A stretch of 64,000 bases of DNA from Armatimonadota bacterium. Its GTDB lineage: Bacteria > Armatimonadota > UBA5829 > DTLH01. The stretch is taken from contig JBBRAE010000002.1 of the NCBI GenBank assembly GCA_038207085.1, positions 1-64,000 of the forward strand, written 5' to 3'. The notes under the pieces were generated by a model, which was not told where the DNA came from, made no database searches, and saw only the letters and a program-made list of their open reading frames with translations. Numbering within the stretch: the stretch's first letter is position 1; every line of letters starts with the position of its first letter. The position numbers and the translations under genes were made by a program. Shown one piece after another: positions 60,892 through 64,000 of this stretch.

Positions 60892-61715
60892 ACGTCAAGG
60901 GGTTGGAGGTTGGGGGCTGGGGGCTGGATCGGCCGACCCCCAGAATAGGCTGCTTACCGTATCTGAACGTCAAGCCGCTCGTTTATCCGTTCGAGCACGG
61001 GGAGTTGCCGGAGGGCTGGGAGCTTGTCTATGCGAGGCCGTCGGAGCTTGCGGGCATGCTTGTGGATGGGGCGATTGACGTTGCGCCGGTCTCAAGCTTT
61101 GCCTGGATCGCAAACCCGGGGTTTGGGTACGCTTCGGGGATATGCATCGCCTCTGATGGGCCGGTCTTAAGCGTGTTGATGCTCTCAAAGAAGCCGATCA
61201 AGGAGGTGGCAAGCGTAGCGGCAGATGTGTCGTCGCTGTCGGGACGGGCGTATCTCCAGATAGTTGTTGCGGAGAGCTATGGGATCAGGCCAAAGTTTGT
61301 CGACTGCGAGCCGGTGGTTGACGAGATGCTTTCGCGCTGTGATGCGGCGTTTTTGATCGGCGACCCGGCGATGCTTGCAGAAAAGTCCGGGCTCTATGTG
61401 CTGGATATCGGCGAAGAGTGGAAGAAGCTTACGGGGCTTCCGGCTGTGTTTGCACTTTGGGCCGGGCCACGCGAGAAGATCACGTCGGAGATATCCCAGG
61501 AGCTTTTGCAGGCGAAAGAAAAGGGGATTGCTCGGGTACGGGAGATCGCCTGTGAGGAGTCAAAGCGGCTTGGACTGCCCGTTGAGGCGTGCCTGGAGTA
61601 TTTGACCCAGGTGATTTGCTACGATCTTGGGCCACGGGAGACGGAGTCGCTCCGGGTGTTCCGGGAAAAGGCGGTCGCTCACGGCTTGGTTGAGCGACAG
61701 GAGGAAATGATTTGA
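60888..61715 (+). CDS. mqnA: Chorismate dehydratase
   Basis: YLN..PL, P..L, CIASDGPV.SV, LIGD.A, D.GEEW..LTGLP.VFA.W. Confidence 0.9.
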   Translation: MNVKGLEVGGWGLDRPTPRIGCLPYLNVKPLVYPFEHGELPEGWELVYARPSELAGMLVDGAIDVAPVSSFAWIANPGFGYASGICIASDGPVLSVLMLSKKPIKEVASVAADVSSLSGRAYLQIVVAESYGIRPKFVDCEPVVDEMLSRCDAAFLIGDPAMLAEKSGLYVLDIGEEWKKLTGLPAVFALWAGPREKITSEISQELLQAKEKGIARVREIACEESKRLGLPVEACLEYLTQVICYDLGPRETESLRVFREKAVAHGLVERQEEMI

Positions 61716-62776
61716 GTGGAGCGTTAGCCCGCGCCGCAGGTGGTGAGCGGGTCTCGTTTGACGACGCGGTGGAGCTTTTTCGCTCGGCCACACTGACCGA
61801 ACTTGGGCTTGCGGCAGGAGATGTCTGTGACAGGCTGCACCCTGAGCCGGTGCGCACGTTTGTAGTCGATCGTAACATCAACTTCACCAATATTTGCACA
61901 TCCGGTTGCCGGTTTTGTGCGTTTTTCAGGCCGGAGGGGCACCCCGAGGGTTATGTTCTATCAAACAGCGAGGTGCTGGGCAAGATTCGTGAGGCCGTGG
62001 GGCTTGGCGCTACGCAGATTCTGATGCAAGGGGGACTCCACCCCGGCCTCGGAATCGATTACTACGAAGAGCTGTTTCGTGCGATCAGGCAGGAGTTTCC
62101 TGATCGCAACTCCCTTCGGGTTCACTCGCTTTCGGCTCCGGAGATCGTCTACATCGCCTCTATCTCGGGGCTTGATGTCGAGACTACGCTTTGGCGGCTG
62201 CGGGACGCGGGGCTTGACTCCATCCCCGGCGGCGGGGCGGAGATTTTGGTCGACAGGGTGCGCAGTCTCGTCTCTCCGGGCAAGTGCTCGACCCGTGAGT
62301 GGCTCGGGGTGATGGAAACCGCGGGCAGGCTCGGGATCTGGGCGACCGCGACGATGGTGTTCGGGCATGTTGAGACGATTGAGGAACGGGTGGAGCATCT
62401 TTTGGCGATACGCGATCTGCAGGACCGGACCGGCGTGTTCACCGCGTTTATTCCCTGGACATTTCAGCCCGGTAACACCTCACTCGGCGGCAGAGCAGCA
62501 GGCGCTCACGACTACTTGAGAACGCTTGCGATTTCTCGGCTGGTGCTCGACAACATCGAAAACGTTCAGGCGTCGTGGGTGACTCAAGGGGACGCAATCG
62601 CACAGGTCGCGCTCAGGTTTGGTGCAAACGATATCGGGAGCACTATGATCGAGGAAAATGTGGTCGCCGCAGCCGGAGTCCGATTCAGACTGTCGCGCGA
62701 GCAGCTTGTTGAGCTGATTGAGGGCGCGGGGTATCGCGCGGTCGAGCGGGATACGCTCTACAGAGTGGTCAATTAA
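61712..62776 (+). CDS. mqnC: Cyclic dehypoxanthine futalosine synthase (radical SAM)
   Basis: DRNINFTNIC...CRFCAF, QILMQGG.HP, AFIPWTFQ, QASWVTQG, GANDIGSTMIEENVV. Confidence 0.92.
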   Translation: MSGALARAAGGERVSFDDAVELFRSATLTELGLAAGDVCDRLHPEPVRTFVVDRNINFTNICTSGCRFCAFFRPEGHPEGYVLSNSEVLGKIREAVGLGATQILMQGGLHPGLGIDYYEELFRAIRQEFPDRNSLRVHSLSAPEIVYIASISGLDVETTLWRLRDAGLDSIPGGGAEILVDRVRSLVSPGKCSTREWLGVMETAGRLGIWATATMVFGHVETIEERVEHLLAIRDLQDRTGVFTAFIPWTFQPGNTSLGGRAAGAHDYLRTLAISRLVLDNIENVQASWVTQGDAIAQVALRFGANDIGSTMIEENVVAAAGVRFRLSREQLVELIEGAGYRAVERDTLYRVVN

Positions 62777-62800
62777 GAGTAACGCTGTGGCCTGTACAGC

Positions 62801-62824
62801 AAAACGGCCCGCGGATGCGGGCCG
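62801..62824 (-). terminator. Probable terminator for the PEP-CTERM gene
   Basis: CGGCCCGC-GGAT-GCGGGCCG with U-tract on minus strand. Confidence 0.55.
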
Positions 62825-62846
62825 GTGGCAGAGTCTTTTAGAGTTG

Positions 62847-63260
62847 TTAGCTTCGTTGTCTTGATCTGCGGAAGCCGTAGAAGAGTCCGGCAAGTCCTGC
62901 GGACATTCCCGCGAGTGCCCCCGGTTCAGGGACATCCGACCCGAACGGGCCGTAAGTGATCGTGGTGTTCAGGACCTGCATGTCCTCGGTCGATTTGACG
63001 TAGGAGGCTTCACTGATATTGAGATCCTCAAACTGCGGCGCCATCGGCTCGATCGGCTGCTCGGCCAAGACCGGCGCGGAGTCCGCAAGCGCGGCTGAGA
63101 CGCTGTCCTGCATCTCGGCGGTCCAGTTGGCCTCAGGTGCGGGCATCTCAAGCGATGGGATGGGGGCCTGAGGAGTCGGCTGGGGGATATCTAGCGCAAA
63201 TGTCGGGCATGCAAGCGCGAAAACAGTCGCCACAGTAAGTTTTAGAACAAGTATTTTCAT
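62847..63260 (-). CDS. PEP-CTERM sorting-domain surface protein
   Basis: Signal peptide, Pro/Ala-rich body, VPEPG plus TM plus RRSRQR. Confidence 0.88.
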   Translation of the reverse strand: MKILVLKLTVATVFALACPTFALDIPQPTPQAPIPSLEMPAPEANWTAEMQDSVSAALADSAPVLAEQPIEPMAPQFEDLNISEASYVKSTEDMQVLNTTITYGPFGSDVPEPGALAGMSAGLAGLFYGFRRSRQRS

Positions 63261-63290
63261 CTCAATCGTCCTCCGTGCATGAGAGGTAGG

Positions 63291-63306
63291 TGCAAGAAGT
63301 ATGCCA
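63291..63306 (-). promoter_or_regulatory. sigma54 (-24/-12) promoter of the PEP-CTERM gene
   Basis: TGGCATACTTCTTGCA, GG-N10-GC spacing. Confidence 0.7.
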
Positions 63307-64000
63307 ATGACAAAAGTTTCTGTTCAATCGGCTATCATCGGCGGAAGCGTCGGCTACCGTTTTCTGAAAGACAGGTGGAAAGGCATCGAGGCGCTTGGCG
63401 CTGTTTGCACCCCGTTTGGCGACTCGGCGCCTGTCTACCGGGGAGAAAGCGACGGCGTCGACTTTCTCTACATAAGCCGGCATGGAGAGAGCGGCTACAA
63501 TGTGATCGCGTCGTTTGTGAACTACCGCGCAAATATTTGGGCGCTAAAAGAGTTCGGCGTCGAGCGCATAGTCGCCTGGTCCGGGCCTGCGGCGATCGAT
63601 ATGGGTATCAGCATCGGCGAAGTGCTCGTGCCCGTTGATATTGTCGACGAGACCAAAAGGCGCGATTATACCTATTTTGAGGGACAGGGCCTGGGGTTCG
63701 TCCGACAAAACCCAGTCTTCTGCCCTGAGCTAAGAGCTTCCCTCGCAGAGGTGGTGCGCGAACGCTTCGGCGAGTGCCGCATGGAGGACATCTATGTCTG
63801 CACGGAAGGCCCGAGGCTTGAGACCCCGGCGGAGATCCACAAGTTCGCCTCCTACGGCGGGACGCTTGTCGGCATGACGCTCGTGCCGGAGGTGTTTCTC
63901 GCCAGAGAGCTTGAAATGTGTTATTGCCCTGTCTGCTACATTACCAATTACGCTGAAGGGCTGAGAAAACGTTCCTTCCGGCCGGGCGTGTTGTTTGAGG
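63307..64000 (+). CDS. MTAP-family purine nucleoside phosphorylase (partial, runs off right edge)
   Basis: Manual translation AIIGGS, TPFG, SRHG, VNYRANIWALK, EGPRLETPAEI, VGMT..PE.FLARELE.CY, TNYA. Confidence 0.88.
   Translation, partial: MTKVSVQSAIIGGSVGYRFLKDRWKGIEALGAVCTPFGDSAPVYRGESDGVDFLYISRHGESGYNVIASFVNYRANIWALKEFGVERIVAWSGPAAIDMGISIGEVLVPVDIVDETKRRDYTYFEGQGLGFVRQNPVFCPELRASLAEVVRERFGECRMEDIYVCTEGPRLETPAEIHKFASYGGTLVGMTLVPEVFLARELEMCYCPVCYITNYAEGLRKRSFRPGVLFE

Overview
Bacterial chromosomal window (moderately GC-rich). Gene style (PEP-CTERM, H-X9-DG proteins, Cys-rich RpoN) suggests an anaerobic Armatimonadota-like organism; this is an inference. Left half, mostly minus strand: hflX, dapL, dapF, hfq, miaA, a type II restriction-modification pair, a Rex-controlled electron-bifurcating [FeFe]-hydrogenase operon (hydCBA) followed by a sensory HydS/phosphatase module and a small ferredoxin, hicAB with a dead toxin, and putA. 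Centre: rpoN, then an intergenic cluster of DnaA-box-like 9-mers plus ACA trios and an AT-rich tract directly upstream of recF-dciA-rtcB. This is a probable oriC with no dnaA/dnaN next to it, and gene orientation switches here. Right half, mostly plus strand: transporters, selD with a TA-like cassette at its 3' end, glycoside hydrolases, amt with five 11-bp-phased GlnR-like boxes, an AhbAB fusion, a futalosine menaquinone cluster (ubiD, ubiX, mqnP, mqnE, mqnA, mqnC), a sigma54-promoter PEP-CTERM gene and a truncated MTAP-like gene. Several dispersed palindromic REP/MITE-like repeat families and TA/transposase scars are present. No rRNA, tRNA or CRISPR array was seen. All calls come from reading motifs by eye; no database searches were run.
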